64,000 nt of DNA from Nitrospirota bacterium (GTDB taxonomy: Bacteria; Nitrospirota; UBA9217). Below the pieces are notes generated by a model. That model had not been told where the DNA came from, made no database searches, and saw only the letters and a list, made by a program, of their open reading frames with translations. Numbering within the stretch: position 1 is the stretch's first letter; each line of letters starts with the position of its first letter. The position numbers were made by a program, and so were the translations under genes. Of this stretch, positions 39,468 through 48,378 are shown piece after piece. Where the stretch lies: contig CAVVOB010000018.1 in the NCBI GenBank assembly GCA_963749655.1, positions 96,001-160,000 of the forward strand. Reading direction: 5' to 3'.

Positions 39468-40703
39468 TTATTCCGGGTACGCGATCCCCCGCGGGATCTC
39501 GGCCTGCTCCTTGCGCACGGGCCAGTACCAGAACATGCCGTCCGCCAGCATCAGGACCCCGGCCGCCATGAGCCATAAGTTGAAGGACGTGAGCAGTCCA
39601 AACCCGAAATAGCTGATGATGCCGATGCCGATGCTCAGGAAAGAAATGCCGGTCCGGATGAATGCGAGTCCGGTCCGTGCCCGGGAGTAAATCGTGCGGT
39701 AACAGGCTGCGATCGTACGCTGGGCCGCCAGAACGTTTCGCTCCCGCGCGAACATGGTCCGCGTCTTGCTGGACGGCGTCGGATTCAAATACGTGCTGTA
39801 GTCCGCCAGCAGGTCTCCCATCCGGGCAAGCATGGTTCCCTGGATCCGCCGTTCAAGCGCCGTATCTTCCGGCGAATGGTAATTCTCGAGAAACTGGATC
39901 GTGGCCGCGGTCACCTCCGCAAGAGTCTGGTTGCCCGGCGGCGTCATCCGGGATTTTCGCACATTGAGATAACCGGGAAGACCGTACAGGGCGATGATGA
40001 TGCCGATCGCAAGAACTGAAAAATAGAGATAGGGATTCGTGCTCGTGTTCTTTGACTGCAGCAAAGCATTCGAAAGGGCGATCGTACCCAGGCCCCACCG
40101 AAGAAAAGCGAGCCCGGTCCTGGCCTTCGCCAGATCGGTCCGGTAGCAGGCCATTCTCGTGCGCCATTGGGCCATGGTGTTTCTCCAGAATGCAAGGCCC
40201 GTCCGCTCGGTCCCGATCAGAAGACCCGGCCGTGCATGGAGATAGTCCTGGATGTACCCTTGAATGTCCGAATCGAGGGCGACACGAAACTCATAGCGTT
40301 CCGCCTTGATGAACTTTCTTACGTCCTCCCGCATCGCCGGGCTCTCGGGATTGCGCGCCGCGATCGTAACCAGACCCGACCGGTCCCTCATGACGGGCAT
40401 CCACTGGTACGACGAAAGGGAGTCCTGGCTGACGGCGGAGAGCAGTTCCGGAGGGATCGGCAGCCGTTCGTCGTACTCGATGGAGGCGCAGTGATAGTAC
40501 TCGGCAAGCGCCTCGAGCAGGTCCTGCTTGAACACGCCGAACTCCCGAATCAGCACCTTCTCGAGTTCTACTCCACGGGCCTGTGCCATTCCCCCCGCGT
40601 CTTCCAGTTCCGCCCGGCTCAGAATACCCCGGTCAACCAGAAGCGAGAACTCCGACTGCGGTCGGACGGGAGTGTTGACCACGTTTTCGATATCATTCTT
40701 CAT
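39468..40703 (-). CDS. GspE/PilB N-terminal-like domain plus 2 DUF202-like membrane units
   Basis: N-terminal 'LLVDRGIL...LLEALAEYY..IEYD..WMPV..VTIAARNP'; two 'RT(G)LAF.R.G' plus TM-hairpin units. Confidence 0.75.
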   Translation of the reverse strand: MKNDIENVVNTPVRPQSEFSLLVDRGILSRAELEDAGGMAQARGVELEKVLIREFGVFKQDLLEALAEYYHCASIEYDERLPIPPELLSAVSQDSLSSYQWMPVMRDRSGLVTIAARNPESPAMREDVRKFIKAERYEFRVALDSDIQGYIQDYLHARPGLLIGTERTGLAFWRNTMAQWRTRMACYRTDLAKARTGLAFLRWGLGTIALSNALLQSKNTSTNPYLYFSVLAIGIIIALYGLPGYLNVRKSRMTPPGNQTLAEVTAATIQFLENYHSPEDTALERRIQGTMLARMGDLLADYSTYLNPTPSSKTRTMFARERNVLAAQRTIAACYRTIYSRARTGLAFIRTGISFLSIGIGIISYFGFGLLTSFNLWLMAAGVLMLADGMFWYWPVRKEQAEIPRGIAYPE

Positions 40704-42336
40704 TGTGATTAAAAATAATCGTCCCCCAGGACAGGGCAGGCCTGCCGTAGTCCGGGACGGTTATCTCCATGTCTCCGTAGCAATAGGGGTACTCTTTTCT
40801 CATACGCTCGACCGGCACCATCCAGCGGTATCCGTCGACGATGAGAACAAGCCCGCCGACGATCAGCAGACCGTTGAAAATGGTCCAGCCCACGGAGGCC
40901 ACGCCGAAATAAACCAGGAGGCCCGCTCCCACCGACGTAATGCTCATGCCCGTCCTGATGTAGGCCAGTCCCGTCCGAGCAACGGCCATGATCGTGCGAA
41001 GCCTGGCCATGACGCCCCGGCGGTCGGCCAGCACGGTCCGCTCCAGTGCAACACCCGTCGTGCCCCAGATGCCGGGCATCTGGCTTGCAGTGACCGGCGG
41101 TCCGGCCTTGTCTTTCTTTGAACCCAAGCGTTTGTGGCCGGGAGGGAATACAAGATCCCAGATGGTCTCCTTGTTGAGCACGTCAAGAACGGACCGGTAG
41201 CCTTCAAGGCCTGCCTTGCGGCCCCCAAAGTACCAGTGGAACCCCTCCGCGGACATGAGAATGCCGGCGATGATCAGGGAAACGTCGAAGAACGTCCACC
41301 CGCTCGCTGAAAACTGTCTCAGGAGCCCGATGCCGAGGCCGGTGAAGGCAATGCCGGTCCTGGTAAAGGCCAGTCCCGTCCTGGCCCGGGCGAGCTTTGT
41401 CCGGTGGCCGGCAAGGGACGTCCGTTCCTCCGCCATATCGGTCCGGTCGCTGGCCAGAAATCTCCTTCTCATGACCGGGGAAAGGTTCTCCCATCCCGCC
41501 CTGAGTTCCGTTGCGCCCTCCATCTCTCCCGTGCGGCTGAAGGACGGATGTCCATTGATCAGATCATCGCGGAGAACGCAGCTGCCCCAGGTGGGATTCG
41601 TCCGCGCGCCGTCGATCGGTTTGCCGGCTATTCTTCTCGCAGGCAGGTACCACTTGATCCCGTCATAGACCATGATGATCCCCGCTACGAGGAGCGGCGC
41701 TTCCAGGGCCGCGTACCATCCCGCGCCGAGCACGCGCAGGAACAGGAGGGCGATCACGATGAACGAGACGCCGGTCCGGATAAAGGCGAGCCCGGTCCTG
41801 CCCTTCGCGAACAGGGTGCGGTAATGGGCATAGGTCGAGCGGCGGTAGGCAAAGAGCGTCCGCACGCGCGCAAGCGGCGTCCGTCCGCCGGAAATGCAGA
41901 AGTTGGGGTTTACGTCGAAATTGTGCTCTATGATGCGGATGAGGTCCGAGGGAAGAGCTACGCGGAAATCGATCTGTTCAACGCCGAGTGTCCGCTTGAT
42001 GTCTTCAGCCACACGAGGGTCATCAGGACGACAGGCGACGACTTCGGCCCGCCTCTCCCTGACCGAAAGAGGGAACCACAGGGCTTTCTTTTGATGTTCC
42101 AGGTCGAGCCTCAGAACGATAAAATAGGACGCGACGACGCCTTCGTCGAATTCAACGAAGGGAAGGCCGTAGTAGGCCGCCAGGCTTAAGAGGATCTCGT
42201 GCTTTGGTATGCCCTTGTTCACGAGGAGCTCTTCGATCGCTGCGCCGGACCCCTTCGCATCCTGCTCCAGCTTTGTCAGGTCCTCAAGCGGGAGCAATCC
42301 CCGCTTAACCAGCCTATGATATCTCATCACTTTCAT
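40693..42336 (-). CDS. GspE/PilB N-terminal-like domain plus 3 DUF202-like membrane units
   Basis: N-terminal 'LVKRGLL...LAAYYGLPFVEF..WFPL..VVACRP'; three 'RTGLA(F/Y).RTG' plus TM-hairpin units; overlaps the next gene by 11 nt. Confidence 0.75.
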   Translation of the reverse strand: MKVMRYHRLVKRGLLPLEDLTKLEQDAKGSGAAIEELLVNKGIPKHEILLSLAAYYGLPFVEFDEGVVASYFIVLRLDLEHQKKALWFPLSVRERRAEVVACRPDDPRVAEDIKRTLGVEQIDFRVALPSDLIRIIEHNFDVNPNFCISGGRTPLARVRTLFAYRRSTYAHYRTLFAKGRTGLAFIRTGVSFIVIALLFLRVLGAGWYAALEAPLLVAGIIMVYDGIKWYLPARRIAGKPIDGARTNPTWGSCVLRDDLINGHPSFSRTGEMEGATELRAGWENLSPVMRRRFLASDRTDMAEERTSLAGHRTKLARARTGLAFTRTGIAFTGLGIGLLRQFSASGWTFFDVSLIIAGILMSAEGFHWYFGGRKAGLEGYRSVLDVLNKETIWDLVFPPGHKRLGSKKDKAGPPVTASQMPGIWGTTGVALERTVLADRRGVMARLRTIMAVARTGLAYIRTGMSITSVGAGLLVYFGVASVGWTIFNGLLIVGGLVLIVDGYRWMVPVERMRKEYPYCYGDMEITVPDYGRPALSWGTIIFNHNEE

Positions 42337-42404
42337 CTTTTTCAGGATCGAATGATCACGCAACTGAGTGGGGGCAGGGCCTCGCTTCGGCCGGTCGGCA
42401 ACGG

Positions 42405-42490
42405 TCGGAAAGAATGGGAAGAGGCGCAAAGGCCTCTTCCCCATGCACATAACGGGGGATGTCTGCTGCCCGTACTCGGCAGCCGTGCAA
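42405..42490 (-). promoter_or_regulatory. Structured leader / terminator-like hairpins upstream of the DUF202 genes
   Basis: Stems ATGGG(G)AAGAGGC/GCCTCTTCCCAT followed by TCTTT; GCTGCC/GGCAGC; TGCAC/GTGCA. Confidence 0.45.
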
Positions 42491-42575
42491 AGAACAAAAC
42501 CTCGTATTATTCCAGTCGAGAAACCGGAACAGTCCGGGTCACACCTTCTTCGTTGTCGCGGTCCGAGCGAGCACC

Positions 42576-42767
42576 TCAGGCCTGTTTGCCGTCCTTGCGC
42601 TCGCTTGCCGACGGTCCGTCCTGGCCGTCCTTCATGGCCTTTTTGAATTCCCTGATGCCCCTGCCAAGGCCCTCTCCGAGCTCGGGGAGCTTTCCCGGAC
42701 CGAATATGATCAGTACGATAAAAAGGATCAGCAGCAGATGCATCGGTTGAAACATTCCTTCAAACAT
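42576..42767 (-). CDS. tatA: Twin-arginine translocase TatA/E subunit
   Basis: '[35 protein letters not shown]'. Confidence 0.93.
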   Translation of the reverse strand: MFEGMFQPMHLLLILFIVLIIFGPGKLPELGEGLGRGIREFKKAMKDGQDGPSASERKDGKQA

Positions 42768-42853
42768 GATTCATACCCGCTTTTCTTCGCTGCAGAACGG
42801 CGCGCGGCCGGACTGCGGCGATCGATGGTGAACGGAAACCCTGTTCCCGCCCG

Positions 42854-43276
42854 CTACACTCCCACAACAAACACGGGGCACGTTGCCCGGTCGATGACCT
42901 TCTCCACCACATGGTCCCCGAAGAGGCGGCTCAGAATGCCCTTTTTCTTCTTGGAGCCCATGATGATGAGGTCGCACCGCTCTTCCCGGGCGACTTCCAC
43001 GATCCGGTCCGGGACATCGCCGGTCTCCAGGCGTGTTTTTACCATGGCGTTCTCGGCGGCAGCAATCTCGCTGATGTCCGCAACGGCCTTGGCTGCACCG
43101 TCGTCCAGGACGTCGTGCAGGTTCTTGATGCCCGTAAGATTGAGCTCGCCGTCAAAGGGCCGGAGCACCTTGACGACGGTGATCCATGTTCTTTCGTCTT
43201 TTGCGAGCTTGATGCCCTGCTTCAGGACCTCCCGGGAGCCGTTCAAAGCGATCAATACTTTTCTATAGCCTTTCAT
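42854..43276 (-). CDS. Universal stress protein (single domain)
   Basis: 'YRKVLIALNGS', 'DLIIMGS', 'FGDHVVEKVI..ATCPVFVV'. Confidence 0.9.
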   Translation of the reverse strand: MKGYRKVLIALNGSREVLKQGIKLAKDERTWITVVKVLRPFDGELNLTGIKNLHDVLDDGAAKAVADISEIAAAENAMVKTRLETGDVPDRIVEVAREERCDLIIMGSKKKKGILSRLFGDHVVEKVIDRATCPVFVVGV

Positions 43277-43289
43277 GTTCTAACTCCTC

Positions 43290-43474
43290 TGGAGCATAGT
43301 GCATGAGAACACTAGCCTGCATAGAGCATGGTGCATGGAGCATTAAAATACAGTTTTTAGTCGTGAGTCGTGAGTTTTTAGTTATTCCCGCTGTTATCTT
43401 CCGACTCGAAACTAAAAACTACAAACTCAAAACTAAGCACTCATAACTGCCCTTGGTCTCTCTGCTCTCTGCCC
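43290..43474. repeat. Composite heptamer inverted-repeat element between USP genes
   Basis: GCATAGA/GCATGGT units; GTTTTTA/GTCGTGA arm opposite an AACTAAA/AACTACA/AACTCAA arm. Confidence 0.7.
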
Positions 43475-44338
43475 TCACTTCACGATCAATATCGGACAGG
43501 AGGCATGAGCAATGACCCGCTCCGCCGTACTGCCCATGAGCGCCTTGTTGACCCCGCGCCAGCCGTGCGTTCCGACGACGATCAGGTCGTGATCCTTTGT
43601 CTCGGCCGCTTCGACGATCTTGTCTCCCGAGTGGCCTTCCATGACCGAGGTCGTTACCTCGACGCCCAGCCCCGAGGCGATGCCCCGGGCGACGGCGACG
43701 ATCTTATCCGCTTCCTGCATCAGGCTTTTCCTGACAGCGTCGGTCTTGAAAAAGTCCATCATCTCTTCGTAGCGAGGGATCACATAGAGGACCGATACTT
43801 TTGCTCCGTCCACCTTTGACAGGGCACAGGCCCGGGTCAGCGCTTTCCTGCTCGATTCCGAGCCGTCGAAGGGCACGAGCAGGGAGCGGTAGTTGCCGCT
43901 GCATTTCGAGCAGGGCCGCTTCACTACGAGCACGTCGCAGGGCGCGCTGAGGATGACCTGCGAGGTCACGCTGCCCATGAGCAGCCGCTTCAGGCCCTTC
44001 CTGCCGTAGGTGCCGAGGGCGATCAGGTCCGCATGATTCGTCTCCGCTGTTTCCACGAGCACCTGGGGAGGCTCTCCCTGGCAGACGAACGAATCGACAT
44101 TGCCGTTCAAACCGAATTCATCATGGATCCCGGTTTTTGCCCGCCGGCAGATCTGCGTGCCGATCTCGAAGCGTTGTTCCATCTGAGAGGGCAGGATTGC
44201 GAACTCCTCCTGGTCGAAATAGACCGCATGGACCAGGAAAAGCTTCCCTCCGTGTTGTTTTATCCAGAGCGACGATTCTTTGACCGCCGCTTTGCTCGAT
44301 TCCGACTCGTCGAATCCGACCACGATGGTGTTATACAT
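43475..44338 (-). CDS. Universal stress protein (tandem domains, CxxC linker)
   Basis: Two USP domains 'G.YGRKG..LMGSV' and 'GTHGWRG..LMGSTA'; linker 'PCSKCSG'. Confidence 0.93.
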   Translation of the reverse strand: MYNTIVVGFDESESSKAAVKESSLWIKQHGGKLFLVHAVYFDQEEFAILPSQMEQRFEIGTQICRRAKTGIHDEFGLNGNVDSFVCQGEPPQVLVETAETNHADLIALGTYGRKGLKRLLMGSVTSQVILSAPCDVLVVKRPCSKCSGNYRSLLVPFDGSESSRKALTRACALSKVDGAKVSVLYVIPRYEEMMDFFKTDAVRKSLMQEADKIVAVARGIASGLGVEVTTSVMEGHSGDKIVEAAETKDHDLIVVGTHGWRGVNKALMGSTAERVIAHASCPILIVK

Positions 44339-45137
44339 CAGTGAGAACCTCCGCCTTTCCTGAACACCAGCCCCACGCCGAAACCTGCTACCAGGGCGAT
44401 GCCGATGGAGAGGACACCGTAGAGAGCCGCGCTGTTCTTGGCCATGTTCGCCAGGGCCTTGACCATGCCGACCTGCTCCACATTCACCTTGGACTCGGCC
44501 TGCTCGATGACCTTGCCGTTCTTGACCGCGTAGACCGTGACAAGGTAATCGCCGGGCGCGGCCTGGTAGGGCCAGTCGGTCACGATGGAATACTCCTGCC
44601 TGCCTTTGTCGTTCCGGTCGTCGTGATCTTGCCGTAGGACGTGACGTAGACCTTCGAGTCCTCCTTGAACTTCACGAACTCGTTGAACCACGTCGCTTTG
44701 TCCGCTTCGTTCGAAAGCGGATTGATCTCGACATGCTTCTGGAGAGAAGGATACCCGATCACGAATCTGTCCCTCTCTTCAGGGCTGAGGATATCCTCCA
44801 CCTTCTTAGTGCTGAAGACTTCGTAAAAATTCGGCGTGTTCTCGAACTTCAGCTGCCCCACGTTCATCCAGAGCGCACCCGCCACCTTGCCCTTCTGTTT
44901 CAGAACCTGGTGCCCCTCGGGCGATGCGATCTTGATGACCAGGTCCATGTTGGGGTCCGATTCTCCCCTGACGGACACGGTGCTGCCGTGATAGAAGAAG
45001 TCGACGGTGATGTGGTCATGGTTCGCCTTGGCCGTCAGCATGGCCGAAGCAGTGTTCGCCATTCCAAAAGTAATGATAAGCGCCAATACGGCGATCATCA
45101 TAATTCCGCATTCCGCATTCCGAATTCCGAATTTCAT
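44338..45137 (-). CDS. TIGR02186-like exported protein with C-terminal anchor (TSUP partner); frameshift near 44610
   Basis: 'HITVDFFYHGS', 'KGKVAGALWMN', 'WPYQAAPGDY.V', C-terminal TM ending 'FRKGGGSH'; TGATG coupling at both ends. Confidence 0.8.
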
Positions 45138-46066
45138 CAGTGTCCTCCTACCTGTGAGAGAAGTAATGACGGTGTCAGCGTCAGTTCGAACACGATCTTT
45201 ACGGTCACCACGAGAACGATGACGGCGAGGAGGATCTTGAGCTGCTCGCCCTTCAGCTTCCTGCCCAGCACGGTGCCGACCTGCGCGCCGAACGTCGAGC
45301 CCACGAGAAGCAGCACGGCAAGCGTGAAGTCCACGCTGTGGTTCGTGTAGGCCTGGAGGAAGGTCACTTCAATGCAGGTGAAAAGGATCTGGAACAGGCT
45401 GGTCCCCACCACCACGTGCATGGGCATCCGGAGCATGTAGACCATGACCGGGACCATCAGGAAGCCGCCTCCCACGCCCATGATCGCCGCCAGAATGCCG
45501 ACGAAGGTGCCCAGGACGATCGGTACCAGGGCCGAATGGGTCACGCCGGATTTCTCGAAGCGGGTCTGGAGCGGAAGGGACTTGAGGAAACGGCCCACGC
45601 CGGACTCCTTTTCCGCTTTGTCCGTGTTGTCCTGCACCGCGGTCTTGCTCTTCCGCATGCTCTGCAGGCTCTCAATGAACATGTAGATGCCCACGATCCC
45701 GAGCATCAGCACGTAGGTCATCTTGATGACGAAATCGGCGTTGCCCATGGCGTGCAGGACCTTGATGGCCTGGACGCCGACGATGCCGCCGAGAAATCCG
45801 CCCACGAGGAGATAGAGACCCATCTTGAAGTCCACGTTGCCCACCTTCCAGTGAGCATAGGTGCCCGAGGTGGACGCAGCCACGATCTGGTTGGAATCTG
45901 TTGCCGCGGCAACGGTCGACGGAATGCCGAACATGATGAGAAGAGGCGTCAGCAGGAAGCCGCCGCCCACGCCGAACAGGCCGGACAGCAGCCCCACTAC
46001 CAGCCCGAGCCCCACGGGGATCAGGATGTTGATGCTTGTCAATGCTACGGGTAGGTACAGGTACAT
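45137..46066 (-). CDS. TSUP (TauE/SafE) family transporter
   Basis: 'GLFGVGGGFLLTP', 'AIMGVGGGFLMVP', 'VVGTSLFQI'; SD AAGGAG. Confidence 0.93.
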   Translation of the reverse strand: MYLYLPVALTSINILIPVGLGLVVGLLSGLFGVGGGFLLTPLLIMFGIPSTVAAATDSNQIVAASTSGTYAHWKVGNVDFKMGLYLLVGGFLGGIVGVQAIKVLHAMGNADFVIKMTYVLMLGIVGIYMFIESLQSMRKSKTAVQDNTDKAEKESGVGRFLKSLPLQTRFEKSGVTHSALVPIVLGTFVGILAAIMGVGGGFLMVPVMVYMLRMPMHVVVGTSLFQILFTCIEVTFLQAYTNHSVDFTLAVLLLVGSTFGAQVGTVLGRKLKGEQLKILLAVIVLVVTVKIVFELTLTPSLLLSQVGGH

Positions 46067-46146
46067 TCTCCACTCCTTATAGATGAGATTAAATGCTGTA
46101 ATGCTTGCTGCGCTTGGTTTGCACTGTTTCGGTTCATGCGCCCGCT

Positions 46147-46623
46147 TTACGCCACGGCGTCGGCATGTTTGACCATGGTGACGATCGGCCGCGATGCGGT
46201 CTTGACCAGCCGCTTGAGCTCTTTCGACGAGATGTCGCCGTTCTCGGTGATGCTCGGGCTCAGGAGCACCATGTCGATGGAGTTGTTCTGCTTCAAAAAC
46301 TCCTTCAGGGACGATACGGCGTCGTGGACTGCCGTATACACAGCTGTGGCCATTCCCGACTGTCGGCACTTCTCCTCCAGCATGCGGGGCAGGTCGTCCT
46401 CCGCTTCCGATGCCTCCATGATCTGCCGCGCCGTGTCCTGTTCTCCGGCTTCGGCAAAGGTCACAGCGGTCATAATGTTCTCGAACTTGTCGGCAAGCCG
46501 TTTCTTGTTGACCAGCAAGATGGCCATGCCTTTGTCGGTCATTTTCGCCAGGTCAAGAGCATAGGACAGGTCCTGGCCAAAATCACCATCACGATAGGTC
46601 ACAAATAAGAGATTCCGTTTCAT
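46147..46623 (-). CDS. Degenerate USP-like protein
   Basis: 'LLFVTY..YALDLAK', 'AVTFAEAGEQDTARQIM', 'IDMVLLSP', 'LVKTASRPIVTM'; paralog of 52410-53015. Confidence 0.7.
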   Translation of the reverse strand: MKRNLLFVTYRDGDFGQDLSYALDLAKMTDKGMAILLVNKKRLADKFENIMTAVTFAEAGEQDTARQIMEASEAEDDLPRMLEEKCRQSGMATAVYTAVHDAVSSLKEFLKQNNSIDMVLLSPSITENGDISSKELKRLVKTASRPIVTMVKHADAVA

Positions 46624-46658
46624 CGCACCCTCCTGCAAAGTTATTTGATATAGTAGAG

Positions 46659-46867
46659 AGCACGAATGATGCCTGAATGTAATTATTTGATTTATAAGGA
46701 TTTATCAGACAGAGGGAGCAGGCGTGTTTAGAATATGAACATATCCTTTTGTAGGATATAGTTGGAGGAGTCTGCTGATGCTGTTATTAAGTTATTGTTA
46801 TAAGAAGAGAAATGCTTTATGCGGAATGACTGTGCGGAAAAAAAACATGACGTTTATAATATGAACA
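46659..46867 (-). promoter_or_regulatory. sigma54 promoter with IHF site and two palindromic enhancer sites
   Basis: AGGCATCATTCGTGCT (46659-74, GG-N10-GC); IHF consensus AATCAA-ATAA-TTA (46680-92); GTTT-N7-GAAC at 46725-41 and 46851-67. Confidence 0.75.
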
Positions 46868-46877
46868 CGGTGAACAA

Positions 46878-48209
46878 TTAATCCTCCTTAAGCAGTTTCC
46901 AGAGGCTGGTTCTGGAAATTCCGAGCATCTCGGCAGCCTTTGATCTGTTTCCATTGACCATCTTCACGACCTTTTCCGCGTAGTCCTTGATGAGCTCGTC
47001 CACGGTCTGAATGCGTCCGGGATCAAAGGTCTCGATCTGAAGCACCCGGATTCCCTGCGGCAGACTCTCGGGCGTGATGAGAGGACTTTTTTCGATGATG
47101 ATGGCGCGTTCGATGATATTTTCCAGCTCCCGCACATTGCCCGGGAAACTGTAGTGCTGCAGGATGTCCATTGCATCGTCGGAAAAACCGGTAATCTTCT
47201 TGCGGGACTTGGGCAGATGCTTCTGGAGAAAGTAGTCGCTCAGGGGCTTGATGTCGTCCTGCCGGTCGCGCAGCGGCGAAATGAACATTTCGATGATGTT
47301 CATGCGGTAGTAGAGGTCCTCGCGGAACCTGTTCTCCGCAATGAGGCTCTTCACGTTCTGGTTCGTGGCCGCAATGAACCGCACGTCTACGGACTGCTGC
47401 TTTGTACCCCCCACGCGGTAGAACTCCCCTTCTTCGACGACCTTGAGCAGCTTAGCCTGGAGGTTCGGCGACAGCTCCGCTATCTCGTCAAGGAACAGCG
47501 TTCCGGTGTCGGCAATCTCGACCAGCCCCTGCTTGGTGGAAACGGCGCCGGTGAATGCGCCCTTCTCATGGCCGAACAGTTCGCTGGCAAGCAGGTCCTC
47601 TGTCAGCGTCGCGCAGTTGATCGAAAGAAAAGGCATGTTCTTCCGCCTGCTCGTAAAATGGATGATCTTGGCCACGAGGCTCTTGCCGACGCCCGTCTCT
47701 CCGGTCAGGAAGAGGTTGACGTCCGAGTCCTTGATCCCTTCGATCGTGTCCAGGATGTGTTTCATCTTCGCGCTCTTGGCAATTATGCGGACCTCCTTGT
47801 CCATGCCGTAGTAGGTCCGGAGCGCGATGTTCTCTCGACGAAGGATCTTCTGGTCGTGGATCTTCTTCACCCGGAGCGCCAGCTCATCGAGGTCAAAGGG
47901 TTTGGTGATATAATCGATCGCGCCCTTCCGCATGGCGTCAACGGCGGAGCCGATGCTGCCGAAACCCGTAATGATGATCACGTCCGTGGAAGGGCTTTTT
48001 TCCTTCATCGTGTCAAGCAGCTCGATGCCGCCGAGGCCCGGCATCTTGATGTCCGTGATCAGGACCTCGAACTGCTCCTTTTCAAGCCGCTGGACCGCCT
48101 CGATGCCGTTCCGCACTCCGGCAACGGCATACCCCTCGTCCCTGAGGGTTTCCACGAGATTGTTCAGGGTGATCTCTTCGTCTTCCGCTATGAGGACTTT
48201 AAAGGCCAT
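46878..48209 (-). CDS. sigma54-dependent NtrC-family response regulator
   Basis: Receiver; 'GETGVGKS', 'GAFTGA', 'LFLDEI', 'FPGNVREL'; Fis-type HTH. Confidence 0.96.
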   Translation of the reverse strand: MAFKVLIAEDEEITLNNLVETLRDEGYAVAGVRNGIEAVQRLEKEQFEVLITDIKMPGLGGIELLDTMKEKSPSTDVIIITGFGSIGSAVDAMRKGAIDYITKPFDLDELALRVKKIHDQKILRRENIALRTYYGMDKEVRIIAKSAKMKHILDTIEGIKDSDVNLFLTGETGVGKSLVAKIIHFTSRRKNMPFLSINCATLTEDLLASELFGHEKGAFTGAVSTKQGLVEIADTGTLFLDEIAELSPNLQAKLLKVVEEGEFYRVGGTKQQSVDVRFIAATNQNVKSLIAENRFREDLYYRMNIIEMFISPLRDRQDDIKPLSDYFLQKHLPKSRKKITGFSDDAMDILQHYSFPGNVRELENIIERAIIIEKSPLITPESLPQGIRVLQIETFDPGRIQTVDELIKDYAEKVVKMVNGNRSKAAEMLGISRTSLWKLLKED

Positions 48210-48242
48210 ACAGTGTTTCCCCAAAAAATCGAGTATCAGATA

Positions 48243-48354
48243 ACCGCAGAGGCGCTGAGGCGCGGAGAACGACTTACATCATATCGTGATCCCTCGCGAG
48301 AACGGACTCTCACGCCTGCAGATTTTTTTCTCTGCGTCTCGGCGCCTCCGCGGT
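48243..48354. repeat. CGCAGAG/CTCTGCG palindromic element (HK-RR spacer)
   Basis: ACCGCAGAGGCGCTGAGGCGCGGAGA ... TCTCTGCGTCTCGGCGCCTCCGCGGT. Confidence 0.8.
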
Positions 48355-48378
48355 AAGACTTCGGATGTCATGCATTCA

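Noticed and set aside
39468-42336. c-di-GMP-binding MshEN receptors
   Set aside because: The N-terminal domains resemble GspE/PilB-N but lack the RLGxxL...RLG binding motif, so c-di-GMP gating cannot be claimed. No ATPase domain is present, so they are not T2SS or pilus motors.
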